Below are positions 1-10,437 of a DNA stretch of 64,000 nucleotides, piece by piece. The position numbers and the translations under genes were made by a program. Location of the stretch: positions 146,409-210,408 of the IMG/VR virus record IMGVR_UViG_3300046703_000335, one strand, 5' to 3'. The notes under the pieces are model-generated. The model was not told the DNA's origin, did not search any database, and saw nothing but the letters and a program-made list of their open reading frames with translations. Position 1 is the first letter of the stretch. Each line of letters starts with the position of its first letter.

Positions 1-159
1 AGCCGGGTCAAATGTAGCAAGGACTCCGATCTGAAAAGCCGTACTCTGGTCACCATCAGCTGGGATAGCATAAATTTTATTTTTAGAACTTATGACCGAA
101 GCGGTTTCGGGAGTAACACCTAACCGATGGACATAAGTATCTCTATCTCTAGCTGCCAT
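1..159 (-). CDS. Probable tail tube protein, 5' part only (runs off window start; not in ORF track)
   Basis: ATG at 159 behind an AGGAG RBS; reads MAARDRDTYVHRLGVTPETASVISSKNKIYAIPADGDQSTAFQIGVLATFDPA with no stop; lies two genes downstream of the sheath. Tube call rests on position and beta-rich character. Confidence 0.5.
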   Translation of the reverse strand, partial: MAARDRDTYVHRLGVTPETASVISSKNKIYAIPADGDQSTAFQIGVLATFDPA

Positions 160-182
160 AATTTATTTCTCCTTATAGTTAA

Positions 183-1145
183 TTACGAAAAGAGTCTGCT
201 AAGTTTTGCAGCTTCACCTGCATCAAGCTCAACTTCATCCAGGGATGACATAAGTTCGATACCTTCAATAACAGAAGATGCAGCATCTTTCTCTTCTTTT
301 TCAGCCTTTTCAGCTTTATCTTCTTCCTCTTTAGCCTCTTCCAATTTCTCTTCGGCTTTCTTAAGATCGTCCTGAGCTTGTTCAACCAACTTTTCGGCTT
401 CTTCCTCTTTCTTTTCAGCTATCTGCTCAATTTTTTCTTCAGCCTCATCAGAAGCGCTTTTTTCTTTTTTCTTAGTTTTCTTAGCCTTCTGATCTTTCTC
501 TAAAGTTTTAAGAAGCTCTTTATTTTTCTTTTCTTCTCTCGTCTTAGCAATGTCAGCCCCGGTAGCAGCTTCTTTCTTAACTGCTCCATGAGACTTCTCT
601 ACCATACCTGAATTAATGGATTTCTCAATGTCAGGAGCCTGTTCCTTCTTAAGAGTAGGAGCTAAAGTAGGCTTATGTGTACCATCAGGAATTTGCTCTT
701 TGTCGAGATGTCTTCCTGTGTCACAGCAGACACTCTTATTCATACCAACAACATCACGTAGTAAATTATCGACAACTGCTTTAGATGCTTGTTTACACCA
801 AAACATCCCAGCTGTTTTTTCTGAAGCTTCTACAGACATGGGCATCTCCCCTTCTTTTTTGATTATAATGACTTTTGGTTTTTCATCACTACCAGGAAGA
901 TCCAAAGGCTCATTCACTGGAACACCAGTTGGTATTATACCCTGTAAAGGCCCTGGGCCTTTATCACACATGCATGCATCAAACTCTTCAGATTCAAAGT
1001 CCCCAGAAAGAATACCTGTGAACTTATCATCAGCCATCTTATTCAAGACATAAGACATTGCCTTAAGATCACGATTATACGGCGTGTGACTGGCAAAGAC
1101 GCTTGATAAGCTCTCCAATCTTTTTGCTAATGCTATACGATCCAT
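183..1145 (-). CDS. Hypothetical virion-associated protein, Lys/Glu-rich coiled-coil C-terminus
   Basis: 320-aa ORF with AGGAG RBS, between sheath and probable tube; several K-x-A motifs (KTAG, KEAA, KSAS, KDAA). Confidence 0.6.
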   Translation of the reverse strand: MDRIALAKRLESLSSVFASHTPYNRDLKAMSYVLNKMADDKFTGILSGDFESEEFDACMCDKGPGPLQGIIPTGVPVNEPLDLPGSDEKPKVIIIKKEGEMPMSVEASEKTAGMFWCKQASKAVVDNLLRDVVGMNKSVCCDTGRHLDKEQIPDGTHKPTLAPTLKKEQAPDIEKSINSGMVEKSHGAVKKEAATGADIAKTREEKKNKELLKTLEKDQKAKKTKKKEKSASDEAEEKIEQIAEKKEEEAEKLVEQAQDDLKKAEEKLEEAKEEEDKAEKAEKEEKDAASSVIEGIELMSSLDEVELDAGEAAKLSRLFS

Positions 1146-1190
1146 AATATAAATCTCCTTATAATAGTTGTTTTCTACTGTTGTTCTTAA

Positions 1191-4124
1191 TTAAAGGCTC
1201 TGTCTCAGATTCAAAGTCACTACAATCCAATTCAAAGGAAATACTGGGCTGTAATATGCCTCTACATCAAGAGTACTAGGATCTTGTTGATTCTGAGTTA
1301 CGTTAATACCCGTAAAATCAACAATGAGCTCTTTTTGCTTCAGTGACTTAAAATATGACCCGACAGAATCTCTGACCTGAGACTGCATCTTTGGAAGATT
1401 CTTGGAACCAATGAATCTATCAAGAGATCTTCTAATACCCTGCTGAACAAAGTGCTTAACTTCTACTATTCTAGGATCTCTCGTTAAAGCTGTTGAAGTA
1501 TCAGATGTCAGATAGAAAAGAATCTTTATAACAGGAGCCTGTTCTTCAAGAACTGTACATCCAGCATTGGCAACAAGAGCTGCATTAACGCTATCCAATC
1601 TCCGATATAGTCTCTTAAATCCAACAATTGTAGAATTGGTTAAAGGAGTTGCTATATCAGAAACTTGAGATACATCTCGTCCAGCAACAGCAGCAGCTAT
1701 TATTGAACCATCAACGACATATTCCACTTCATTTCCATACGCATCCACGATACCTATAATCGCTCCATCAGGATAAATAGGAGTGAGTTTTTCAGTTTTA
1801 AGATTCTGGACCATTTGAATAACCTGGTCCGATGTCGTACCTACTGAAAAACCAAAGATACTCGTTCTCTCATTCTTATACCGTATACTTGACTGTATAG
1901 CATTTGAAGTCTTAAGATAACTGATAACTTCTGAATTAGTTGTCAAAGGTTGCATCAATGAAGGTCTCAAACCATTAGGTAAAGGTTCATTGAAAGCATC
2001 AATACCTGAGATGTAATCTGCAACAGAAGCATCCGTACCATTAGCACTACGTTTAATCTGCTTCAAGGCCACTGCCTGAGCACCATTTAAAAATGCTAAG
2101 TTAGCAGCTACAGTCAGTTTATTATTAATGTCCATAGGGCCATAATACTTTGTAACATCTCTCATGTTAGTCAAGAATCGTGTTGTATAATCTGTTTTTA
2201 CCTTATCAAAGGAAACATAATACAAATCACCAACTGCTGGCTCATTACCAGATTTTACATAAGTATCAATGATCACAGTGTCATCAGTATTATCAGGTGT
2301 TCCACCGCTTGTTGTAGGAACTGCTAAATTGACACCAGGGATTACTCTAACATTACTTACTGAAGCAGTAATGTAAAGTTTTTGTGTGGCATCTGACACG
2401 GTAGGATCACCTATATCATATCTTACTAAAGTACCCGCACCAGGATTAAAAGTTCCGGTATCACCAGAGAAAGTAATACGTAATCCTGTTGTAGGATCAA
2501 CATATGTCTTACCACAATAACCAATATTTTGATTATATGTAGTAACTGAACCAGTTCTTCCAGGAAGTGTGAATCCTGTACCAAGAAGTGAAGTAACTGT
2601 AAAAGCACCCGCACCATCAAAAGTAAATATTACACGTTCAACTGACCCTTTAAGAGGATCAATTTGAAAATTAGGGGTACCTGAACCAGAGTAAATTGGA
2701 GTAACTGTCCCACTGATATATTTAACTTCAAGTGCAGTACCACTTACTCTTGACGTTATAGTATACTTACCAATACCTGCACCACCAGGTACTTTATTGG
2801 TCATTGTCCACTTATCATCCAGAAGGAGATTTTCGAAGTATGTTACGAAAACTATTTCTTCAGTAGGTTGATCAGGAGACACCGTAAATGTAATCATATT
2901 GCCAGATATTTTTGAAACGGTTTTTGGTCCAGCTGTATAAGCTGCTGCCCAGTCAGTTCCAATATAAGCAATAATGTTTGCGGGATCTTCTGTCCATACA
3001 CCTAAACCTGATCCATCAACTGGCATCGTAGGAAGTGCAAAAGATTTATTACCTGCAAGATTGATCTGCTCTCCATTAGTATTAACTTGGATAACCCCAC
3101 CTACTGTATAAGGACTTGCTGGAGAAGCAACTCTTCCATATACACGTGTATCGGTAAGTGATACTGATACATTATTTATAAGAGGTACGGATCCTGCGGT
3201 AAACAAACCTTGAGCAGCATTGAAGGAATTTCCCCAATGAATTCTATTATTACCTGCAAGCACACAATCATCACCAATTGAGAAGTCATTAGTATCTTGA
3301 CTTAAACCAACCTTAACCAGTTGCTCAACAATTGATGCTGGAAGAATATCATATGTATCCTGCCAGGTATTTGTGAAGTAGGTAACAGTTAAAACTGATG
3401 AGACTGCAGGAGTATTTTGAAGTACAAACATTGCATCTGAACCATTAAGATGCGTAACCGGTACTTCTACACCGTTTACCTTAACTTGAAATACTCTTAC
3501 CTGACGTTCATACTCATCACCGATGATTAATGGGTCGGGGTTAAATAAGATAGTAGTCGTACCATTGATGTCGGAATCAACTGCTGATCTTCCACCATTA
3601 TCACCCTTTACAATACGATCACTTTTTACTTTGAAACTATTAGTAATACCATCTACTTGGACAGAAATGTCCTCATTTTCAATAAAGGTATCACGACGTT
3701 TGAAGTAGTAATTAGCTCTTACTTCATCACCCACTGCTGGGATCTGAACAAGAGTAACTTCACCAGTAAGACCATTTACAGAGTTAACTGCAACATTAAA
3801 TCCGTTAATTGAAACTATAACACTTCCAGGAGTAGTGGCTACTTTACCGCTACCATCACCAGTTACGATTGGTTTATTCTCGACTACAAATGTATTCTCC
3901 ATACCCGTGAATTGAGTACTGACATCTTCGTCAAGTATAAGATTATCAGAAATTGCTGATGAACCTCTTACCATTTCAAAGTTGCCAATACGAACAGTTT
4001 CAGCGGACACGCCCACAAAGGCTGGTATACGTATATCACCAGCTGCAGTAGTTCCAGCAGCTTCAGTGTTAGTTCTAGCGTATACACCTGGAAATACGAA
4101 ACTTTCTAAAGGTCCTATTGCCAT
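1191..4124 (-). CDS. Contractile tail sheath protein with large inserted beta/Ig-like domains
   Basis: N-terminal FPGVYART..IPAFVG; C-terminal sheath core (LAFLNGAQAV, AAAVAG..SDIATPLTN, YYSPVFPLNWIVVTLNL); 977 aa. Confidence 0.9.
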   Translation of the reverse strand: MAIGPLESFVFPGVYARTNTEAAGTTAAGDIRIPAFVGVSAETVRIGNFEMVRGSSAISDNLILDEDVSTQFTGMENTFVVENKPIVTGDGSGKVATTPGSVIVSINGFNVAVNSVNGLTGEVTLVQIPAVGDEVRANYYFKRRDTFIENEDISVQVDGITNSFKVKSDRIVKGDNGGRSAVDSDINGTTTILFNPDPLIIGDEYERQVRVFQVKVNGVEVPVTHLNGSDAMFVLQNTPAVSSVLTVTYFTNTWQDTYDILPASIVEQLVKVGLSQDTNDFSIGDDCVLAGNNRIHWGNSFNAAQGLFTAGSVPLINNVSVSLTDTRVYGRVASPASPYTVGGVIQVNTNGEQINLAGNKSFALPTMPVDGSGLGVWTEDPANIIAYIGTDWAAAYTAGPKTVSKISGNMITFTVSPDQPTEEIVFVTYFENLLLDDKWTMTNKVPGGAGIGKYTITSRVSGTALEVKYISGTVTPIYSGSGTPNFQIDPLKGSVERVIFTFDGAGAFTVTSLLGTGFTLPGRTGSVTTYNQNIGYCGKTYVDPTTGLRITFSGDTGTFNPGAGTLVRYDIGDPTVSDATQKLYITASVSNVRVIPGVNLAVPTTSGGTPDNTDDTVIIDTYVKSGNEPAVGDLYYVSFDKVKTDYTTRFLTNMRDVTKYYGPMDINNKLTVAANLAFLNGAQAVALKQIKRSANGTDASVADYISGIDAFNEPLPNGLRPSLMQPLTTNSEVISYLKTSNAIQSSIRYKNERTSIFGFSVGTTSDQVIQMVQNLKTEKLTPIYPDGAIIGIVDAYGNEVEYVVDGSIIAAAVAGRDVSQVSDIATPLTNSTIVGFKRLYRRLDSVNAALVANAGCTVLEEQAPVIKILFYLTSDTSTALTRDPRIVEVKHFVQQGIRRSLDRFIGSKNLPKMQSQVRDSVGSYFKSLKQKELIVDFTGINVTQNQQDPSTLDVEAYYSPVFPLNWIVVTLNLRQSL

Positions 4125-4224
4125 GTGTCGTTCTCCTTTTTATACCGTAAATATTTTTTCATTGATCTTATTTATATTTTTAAAATTCTTTATATAAGAT
4201 TTATTCATATTATTTAATGTGTAT

Positions 4225-4239
4225 ATTAGAAGAGTATTA
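4225..4239 (-). promoter_or_regulatory. Variant copy of 15-bp putative late promoter upstream of sheath
   Basis: Plus strand ATTAGAAGAGTATTA, 3 mismatches to consensus ATTAAGAGATTATTA, about 100 nt upstream of the sheath ATG. Confidence 0.45.
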
Positions 4240-4263
4240 CCAACGACACCAGGACCTGCAATA

Positions 4264-4743
4264 TCAACCTTCTGTAATTGCTCCAGATGATTCAAACTGT
4301 GGTATACCCTTTTTTACTCTATCTGATCTATGCTCCTGTAATGCTTCTGAATATTCTTTTCTTAACGTTCGTTCCTTATTATCTCCCAAGTGCATTATCG
4401 GACTATACTTACCATCCTGATCCTTGGGGATATTAACCTGCTCAGGAGTCTTACCCTTCCATCTCTTCTGCTGCCTAGCCTCATACCGGCTCTTCCATCT
4501 CTCATCGTAACCTTCCCATCTCTTTTCAGATACTTTACCTACGACTTTGTCAATCTCTTTACGAGTAACTATCGTATCTGTTTTAGGATTTAAGTCACTA
4601 TGCACCCCGAATAAAGAAGCCACTTTTCGTTCTGAAACCGTCCCACATCTTTTACAGGATTGCTCCGCATCCCTATCTTTATATGGCACTAATTCTTCAA
4701 ACTCATGACCACAGCCCACACACTTAAATTCATACAACGGCAT
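4264..4743 (-). CDS. FmdB-family zinc-ribbon protein
   Basis: MPLYEFKCVGCGHEFEEL...CKRCG signature. Confidence 0.75.
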   Translation of the reverse strand: MPLYEFKCVGCGHEFEELVPYKDRDAEQSCKRCGTVSERKVASLFGVHSDLNPKTDTIVTRKEIDKVVGKVSEKRWEGYDERWKSRYEARQQKRWKGKTPEQVNIPKDQDGKYSPIMHLGDNKERTLRKEYSEALQEHRSDRVKKGIPQFESSGAITEG

Positions 4744-4789
4744 AAATACTCCTATCTTATGTTATATATGATCTATTAATAGAATTCGT

Positions 4790-4804
4790 ATTAATAGATT
4801 ATCA
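4790..4804 (-). promoter_or_regulatory. Putative late promoter motif copy
   Basis: ATTAATAGATTATCA, 47 nt upstream of ATG 4743. Confidence 0.5.
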
Positions 4805-4839
4805 CCACTTAATGGGGTATATCATACACACCATGGATA

Positions 4840-6273
4840 CTAAAAATATCTAGGATAACCAATTTTGGGATAGGATACCTCAAAGATTGTGCTACTGGGC
4901 TTTAGCATCAATTCAAGTATTCTTCCCTGATTTGTTACGATATAACTCTTATTAGTTACATATCTGTAAATTTTAGTATCAAAATCTACAATCTCAGTCA
5001 GGAATGGAATAAACTTTTTCCATTCTGTCATAATCTGAATATTTATACCATGCCTATAGTATAAATCACCTGTATTCTCATCATATGGTTCCTCTGTTTC
5101 ACCCGTTGCATCCATCTCTTCAATAGTCAAACCTTCATCTATTAATAATAAACGGCGGTTTCCCCATATATCTTCTATTAGATGATCTGTAAGATTTGCC
5201 AGCTGCTGCGGGTCACGTGCCACTACATCAATATCAAAATTCATTTTATAGTGCCCACTATTCATATTTGCAGCAGCTTCCCGCTGAGGATATACAATAA
5301 CGACTACTTTATCTCCCACAGTTATTTCATTACTAAAAGAGAGAATCACCCCAGGAAGAGCCTCATTCACATAATGAAATTCACTGGGTATATTAAAAGG
5401 ACCCATAGTGCTGCCTACCCAGCGATAATTTGCATATAGGGTTGTATTAGCATCAAGAGGCTGTAAAAAAGTTATAAGACCATTTTGATCAATTGTATAG
5501 TCGATACCTTTTTCGAGATATAACTTAGTACTAACATCCATTTTTTTAGTGTAAAGCATATCAAAGTCACCATATAAATTTCCATTTAATAACTGTGCTG
5601 TAGGCTCCATACCTGTGGTTCTATCTATAACTTTTTCATTTTTAACAACATAAAATGGATCAATCACAAATTGCGTAGGAGATATTATCTCAATGTAATA
5701 CCTTCCCGGAGGAGTTAAATTACTATAATAATAAGACACTAAAAGCTGACTACCTAATACTGGGGCCATAGGCAAAGAAAACACACCACTGACACCATCT
5801 AAGAATTCTGGAAGTACTGATTGACCATCTAATAGAACCGAGATCTGCCGGAAATTATCAGCTACTAGCGTATTATTATACCCCGATAATACTGGCTTTC
5901 TTGGGATCTTAAAAAATCTATTAGTCCCTATAGATATTGTACCGGTTATTTGAGATGATAAATCTTCATCTTTTTGATATTTTGTCAAGTTATTAAAATC
6001 TTCCCAAACCCATGCTAAAAACTTTCCTTCAAAATTCTCTGCGTGAGCCATCATGACATGACTCTTCAATACCCCCGCGTGGTCATCAGCAGAGAGCTTT
6101 ATCCTTGATGATGAAGCATTCTTAAGTACGATCGCCATCATGGGTCTTTCTTTGTACGGGAATTTATGAAAAACCTCGACAGGAACTGATCTGAACACTT
6201 GATGTCTTTGTATAGAACCAGTAAGCTCATCCATGACCCGAGATTTAACAACTCTTAATAAATTATTTTCCAT
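4840..6273 (-). CDS. Probable tail completion/terminator-like structural protein with inserted beta domains
   Basis: 477 aa, upstream of sheath; shares a DEDLSSQITG..F....KP module with the sheath insertions; C-terminal MNFDIDVVARDPQQLANLTD resembles tail-terminator folds. Confidence 0.5.
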   Translation of the reverse strand: MENNLLRVVKSRVMDELTGSIQRHQVFRSVPVEVFHKFPYKERPMMAIVLKNASSSRIKLSADDHAGVLKSHVMMAHAENFEGKFLAWVWEDFNNLTKYQKDEDLSSQITGTISIGTNRFFKIPRKPVLSGYNNTLVADNFRQISVLLDGQSVLPEFLDGVSGVFSLPMAPVLGSQLLVSYYYSNLTPPGRYYIEIISPTQFVIDPFYVVKNEKVIDRTTGMEPTAQLLNGNLYGDFDMLYTKKMDVSTKLYLEKGIDYTIDQNGLITFLQPLDANTTLYANYRWVGSTMGPFNIPSEFHYVNEALPGVILSFSNEITVGDKVVVIVYPQREAAANMNSGHYKMNFDIDVVARDPQQLANLTDHLIEDIWGNRRLLLIDEGLTIEEMDATGETEEPYDENTGDLYYRHGINIQIMTEWKKFIPFLTEIVDFDTKIYRYVTNKSYIVTNQGRILELMLKPSSTIFEVSYPKIGYPRYF

Positions 6274-6277
6274 GCCA

Positions 6278-7636
6278 TCACCTATTCTTAATGTCTATTA
6301 TATCCAAATAAAGTTTTGATAATATATTGGGTAGTTCCGTATTTTGATTATAGCCTATTCGTATCAATGGTATTTTGTTTTCTTCACAAAACTTATTTTT
6401 AAGATTATCCCGATATTGCGACTTCTTGAAATTGGCGAGTGCTCTCTCCATAGATATGCCATTGAAACGGACTGGTCGGTAATGCTGTTCACCATCATAC
6501 TCAATTAATGTGTTTATTTCTGGGAGATAGAAATCAAACTGAAGCGGTTTTTTATCAACTTTTAATTCATTAAGCTTATACTGCTGAACAAAACTTATAC
6601 TATTTTCAGTAAACCATTTTTTTATTGCAAGTTCCCCATAAGATATATGGCAATTTGGGCACCTCTGCCCATCTATGTGATTATTTGGTTTCTGCCAGAA
6701 TTCACCATGCTCTCTACATATAATGCATACTTTAGTCCTCGAGTTATAATATTCAACTTTTGAATAATCGTAAATATCCCCATGTATTTCCTTAAATTTA
6801 TTAATACATTCAGATAAAGTATATGAAGCATACCCACATCTTTGACAACCATGCCCTTGTAAAAAAACATGTGCATTCTGATTAAACTCACCATGAATAT
6901 TACAAGTTACTATGACATCTGTAAGTGCATTTATATATCTTGTTTTATCATAGTTGTATTTATCTTTTCCGTATACTTTTATGGCCTTTTTAATAAATTT
7001 TTCCTGAGTCAGAGTACGTTTCTCACCAACTCTATCATACCCGCATTTAGGGCATCCACAACCACTTAAATGGTCGTTTGGGGTCTGATAGAATTTATTA
7101 TGCTTGGGACATATTATTAATAATTTAGAATGAGCATCAATGTACACAGATTTAGAATAATTGTACTTACTACCGTGAATAGAATTAGCTTTATCTACAA
7201 ATTCAGATAGGGTCTGTAGTTTTAGCTTTTTTAATAACTTATTAGCGCACTTTTTACAAATCCTACCCTTAAGATGTCCGTTAGGAGTCTGTAGGAAATC
7301 TCCATGTTCTGGGCAAGTTATTAGGACTTTAGAACCAATACCTGCATAGACAACTTTAGAATAATCATATCTATTACCATGAACTTTAATCGCTTTTTCA
7401 ACAAATTTATCTGTGGTGCAAGTATTAGACTTAGACCTGGACAAATTACCACATGTCGGGCACCCTTTTCCGGATATGTGACTTGAGGGCTTTTGACTAA
7501 AGATTCCATGTTCTGAGCATCTCATATCTATTTTTGTGCGCCAATCTTTATATTCAGATATGGAATAGTCATATCTGCTTCCATGCGTAGCCGTAGCTTT
7601 ATTAATAAATAATTGCGTTTGTTCTGATCTTTCCAT
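6278..7636 (-). CDS. Free-standing homing endonuclease: repeated Zn modules plus C-terminal PD-(D/E)XK (DUF559/Vsr-like) nuclease
   Basis: About five repeats of F..KA..HG..YDYS...Y....K..I.C..HG.F.Q.P..H..G.GCP.C; C-terminal FDFYLPEINTLIEYDGEQHY. Confidence 0.8.
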   Translation of the reverse strand: MERSEQTQLFINKATATHGSRYDYSISEYKDWRTKIDMRCSEHGIFSQKPSSHISGKGCPTCGNLSRSKSNTCTTDKFVEKAIKVHGNRYDYSKVVYAGIGSKVLITCPEHGDFLQTPNGHLKGRICKKCANKLLKKLKLQTLSEFVDKANSIHGSKYNYSKSVYIDAHSKLLIICPKHNKFYQTPNDHLSGCGCPKCGYDRVGEKRTLTQEKFIKKAIKVYGKDKYNYDKTRYINALTDVIVTCNIHGEFNQNAHVFLQGHGCQRCGYASYTLSECINKFKEIHGDIYDYSKVEYYNSRTKVCIICREHGEFWQKPNNHIDGQRCPNCHISYGELAIKKWFTENSISFVQQYKLNELKVDKKPLQFDFYLPEINTLIEYDGEQHYRPVRFNGISMERALANFKKSQYRDNLKNKFCEENKIPLIRIGYNQNTELPNILSKLYLDIIDIKNR

Positions 7637-7662
7637 AAGATATCCTCGACTATAATAAATCT

Positions 7663-7677
7663 ATTAAGGGATTATTA
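7663..7677 (-). promoter_or_regulatory. Putative late promoter motif copy
   Basis: ATTAAGGGATTATTA (1 mismatch), 27 nt upstream of ATG 7636, abutting a terminator. Confidence 0.6.
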
Positions 7678-7710
7678 AAAAAGGCTGAGAGAAGTTATTC
7701 TCCCAGCCCC
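7677..7710 (-). terminator. Rho-independent terminator after actin-like gene
   Basis: Minus strand GGCTGGGAGAA-TAAC-TTCTCTCAGCC followed by TTTTTT. Confidence 0.75.
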
Positions 7711-7758
7711 TTGCAGAAAGCTGTTCTTTCGCAAACAGCTAATTGATCAATATCTTAC

Positions 7759-8769
7759 TTAATCATTCATTGCAGCTATAAGAAGTCCTTTTGCTACATC
7801 TCCAAGAGGATCACTAGCCATTCTTATTTCAGATATGCTAATAGGAAAATTATCACGTTCTTTTTCGAACTCTTGTTTGAAAAATTCAAGGAAATTTTTG
7901 GCTTTAGCAGTACCACCACTAATAATCCATGGGATCTGGTCAGGAAGTTCAATCTTTCCATTATCCTTTTTGAACTCTCTCTTTATGCTATCTACCACAT
8001 AATGTATAAGATTCTTATAATAAACCACAATGGCTTCTCTTTCCCTAAGTTGTTTTGGATCACCTTCATTAGGATCAAGAAGATTTACACCTTTTTCCTT
8101 TATCGACATCAGACGTGTAGCAGTACTACCTACAGCTTTAGCTGCAGATTGATCAACCCAGTCACCACTACGTGAAACTGAAAATGACATACCCACCATG
8201 GTCTGGAAAACCAAAGCTGTATTTACCATACCTGCACCAAAAGATGAAGCAAGAGCTGTAAAACCATCAGAACTTCCATTTGCATAAACAATTGCAGCTG
8301 CTTCATTCATAGCAGTAGCTTTATAACCAAAAGACTCTATAATCTTTTGGAACATTGCTTGATGATAGATAATGTCCATATCTTTATCTATAGACTTCGC
8401 TGGTACAGAAAAGAATACTGACTCATTCTCAACTTTAGGAGAACTAAGAATATTTTTTAAAAGTATTACTAACATCCTCTCAGCATCATGTTCTCCAGAG
8501 GATATAACTCCCTGATTTAAAGGTCTTCTAGCTTCTCTTTTAAGAAGATTAGATACACTTAATGCAGGTTCTCCTACTATGTAAATAAAATCTTTTTCCT
8601 GCACGTAAGAAACATTTGACATCTTAAGCATATTCAAAATAGACTGGTCTGCTTCTACATCCAAAAATGCGTCCCGGATAGATTTTAGTTCTACAGGTGC
8701 ATTTTCATTTTTAATATCTTTTGTAGCACTTACCAAAAAACATGTCCCTATGTCAAGTCCAACTGCCAT
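7759..8769 (-). CDS. Actin-like ATPase (MreB/FtsA/Alp superfamily)
   Basis: Phosphate-1 GLDIGTCFL, FSVPA, connect-1 MNEAAA, phosphate-2 SFGAGMVN, RSGDWVD, adenosine IISGGTAK, C-terminal VAKGLLIAA; 336 aa. Confidence 0.85.
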   Translation of the reverse strand: MAVGLDIGTCFLVSATKDIKNENAPVELKSIRDAFLDVEADQSILNMLKMSNVSYVQEKDFIYIVGEPALSVSNLLKREARRPLNQGVISSGEHDAERMLVILLKNILSSPKVENESVFFSVPAKSIDKDMDIIYHQAMFQKIIESFGYKATAMNEAAAIVYANGSSDGFTALASSFGAGMVNTALVFQTMVGMSFSVSRSGDWVDQSAAKAVGSTATRLMSIKEKGVNLLDPNEGDPKQLREREAIVVYYKNLIHYVVDSIKREFKKDNGKIELPDQIPWIISGGTAKAKNFLEFFKQEFEKERDNFPISISEIRMASDPLGDVAKGLLIAAMND

Positions 8770-8783
8770 AAAAACCTCCTAAA

Positions 8784-9464
8784 TTATATTGATTTAGATT
8801 TCAACTCTTTAAGTTTTTTCAATGAATCAGACACGCTATCTCCAGAATCAATTGTCCGTACTTCTAACTTTATGTGTGAATTAGCATCTTCTACCCGAAT
8901 ATTAGGGATATAAACATCTTCTACCCGTCGACTATCTCCTTGTATAGATGCTGAATTCACACCAGATCGACTAATAATACCTTCAAGTTTTTCAAGTATA
9001 CCATCACTTTTATTACTCTGCATCCGTACTTCTATACTCTTTAAAGCATCTTGTATAACCGATAAATCAATAGAAGTAGGATTTTTTTCTAATTTCTCAA
9101 GTCTATCTAATATAATAGCCAAAGCATCATTATTCTGCGTTGAAGGAAGAGAAAGATTAGATTGATTTTTAACTGTTGCTTCTAAATCTTTAATCTTATC
9201 TAATAAGACTTCTATTTCTGGAGATGAGACTGATTCAGAAGATTTAATCTCAGAGGATATAATAGGTGTTTGAATATCAAAAGAACCTGTGGTATCTTCA
9301 GACTTTTTGAGAACTATAAGAATCTTACGTTCGATTGCGCGTTTTAAATCAACAGAACTTTCATATTGAGCATCAGTATAAACTTTCTGCTGCTTATAAT
9401 ACACACAATCGTTAAGATCTTTAAGTTCTACCTTCTTTGGGGAATTTCCAATGATATAGAACAT
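8784..9464 (-). CDS. Coiled-coil protein, possible partner of the actin-like ATPase
   Basis: 226 aa with repeated heptad segments (LLDKIKDLE, ILDRLEKLE, ILEKLEGII); directly upstream of the actin-like gene. Confidence 0.6.
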   Translation of the reverse strand: MFYIIGNSPKKVELKDLNDCVYYKQQKVYTDAQYESSVDLKRAIERKILIVLKKSEDTTGSFDIQTPIISSEIKSSESVSSPEIEVLLDKIKDLEATVKNQSNLSLPSTQNNDALAIILDRLEKLEKNPTSIDLSVIQDALKSIEVRMQSNKSDGILEKLEGIISRSGVNSASIQGDSRRVEDVYIPNIRVEDANSHIKLEVRTIDSGDSVSDSLKKLKELKSKSI

Positions 9465-9509
9465 ATTTTTTATTTTATATAAATTTTATGAAATTAAAAT
9501 ATCCAGCTA

Positions 9510-10388
9510 TTAAATGGAATATTTTACAACCGATTTCCAGAAATCATCTTGAGCTTCTTTTGGAATTTTTTCAAATTTAGGAACATTTTTTTTCGGGATT
9601 TCTACGCCTTTTTCATCTATTGGTTCTTCTTCCTCAGAGGTTCCCTCTTCTATAGATTCACCATCTATTACAGGCTCATCCTCAGGGACTGTCTCTTCTA
9701 CGACTGGCTCACCTTCAACAGCACCTTGATCCTCAGGTATTTCTTCATCCTTTGGAGCTACACCATCCTCAGGAGTTTCATCTCCCATTGGAGTTTCAGC
9801 TATTTCAGGTGTCTCATCCTTATCCGAAGTTGCATCACCTTCAGGTTTCTGTTCTTCATCAGGAGTTCCATCATAATCTGATATTTCAGGTGTTTCATCA
9901 GTTTTATCTTCATCAGAAGTTTCTTCATTTTCAGAAGTTTCAGAAACATCTTTATCTTCTTCAGGGTTCACTGCAGTCATGGGAAGAGTGCCATCAATAA
10001 CAGGGGGTTCATCAGTTTTAGGTTCGACTACATCAGAAGTCTCATCCCCCTTATCAGTTCCCTGATCATCAACAGGTTCGAATATATCCGCACCAGTATC
10101 TTCTGTATCATCAGACTCTACATAGTATTTTTCACTTGAGTCTGTAGGAACATAAGACATTTTACCACCACAAGCCAGACATGTTACGGCATCATTCACT
10201 GTAACATTAGCGATACGTTTAACACTATGATTTTTACCAGCAATCTTACGCTTTTTATTAATATCAAGTAATGACGATGTATGATTACATCCATCACAAA
10301 CAAAGAATGTATTATCCGCAGCTTCCTTCTCAAGATCATCAGCGATCTTAAGTAATCTTTCAGCGGCAAGTTTCATATTCGATCCCAT
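9510..10388 (-). CDS. Zinc-finger protein with long acidic tail, probable head-internal protein
   Basis: CDGC..CLACG; Asp/Glu-rich tail; N-terminal LLKIADDLEKEAA tag; ATG 10388 has an AGGAG RBS (track start is 10409). Confidence 0.6.
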   Translation of the reverse strand: MGSNMKLAAERLLKIADDLEKEAADNTFFVCDGCNHTSSLLDINKKRKIAGKNHSVKRIANVTVNDAVTCLACGGKMSYVPTDSSEKYYVESDDTEDTGADIFEPVDDQGTDKGDETSDVVEPKTDEPPVIDGTLPMTAVNPEEDKDVSETSENEETSDEDKTDETPEISDYDGTPDEEQKPEGDATSDKDETPEIAETPMGDETPEDGVAPKDEEIPEDQGAVEGEPVVEETVPEDEPVIDGESIEEGTSEEEEPIDEKGVEIPKKNVPKFEKIPKEAQDDFWKSVVKYSI

Positions 10389-10437
10389 GAAAAGACTCCT
10401 TTGAGGCAAAAGAACTTCTGATAGATTTATATATAAA

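Noticed and set aside
1191-4124. Sheath as part of a tailocin, eCIS or T6SS locus
   Set aside because: Terminase, portal, protease, scaffold and capsid genes are present, so this is a phage virion module.
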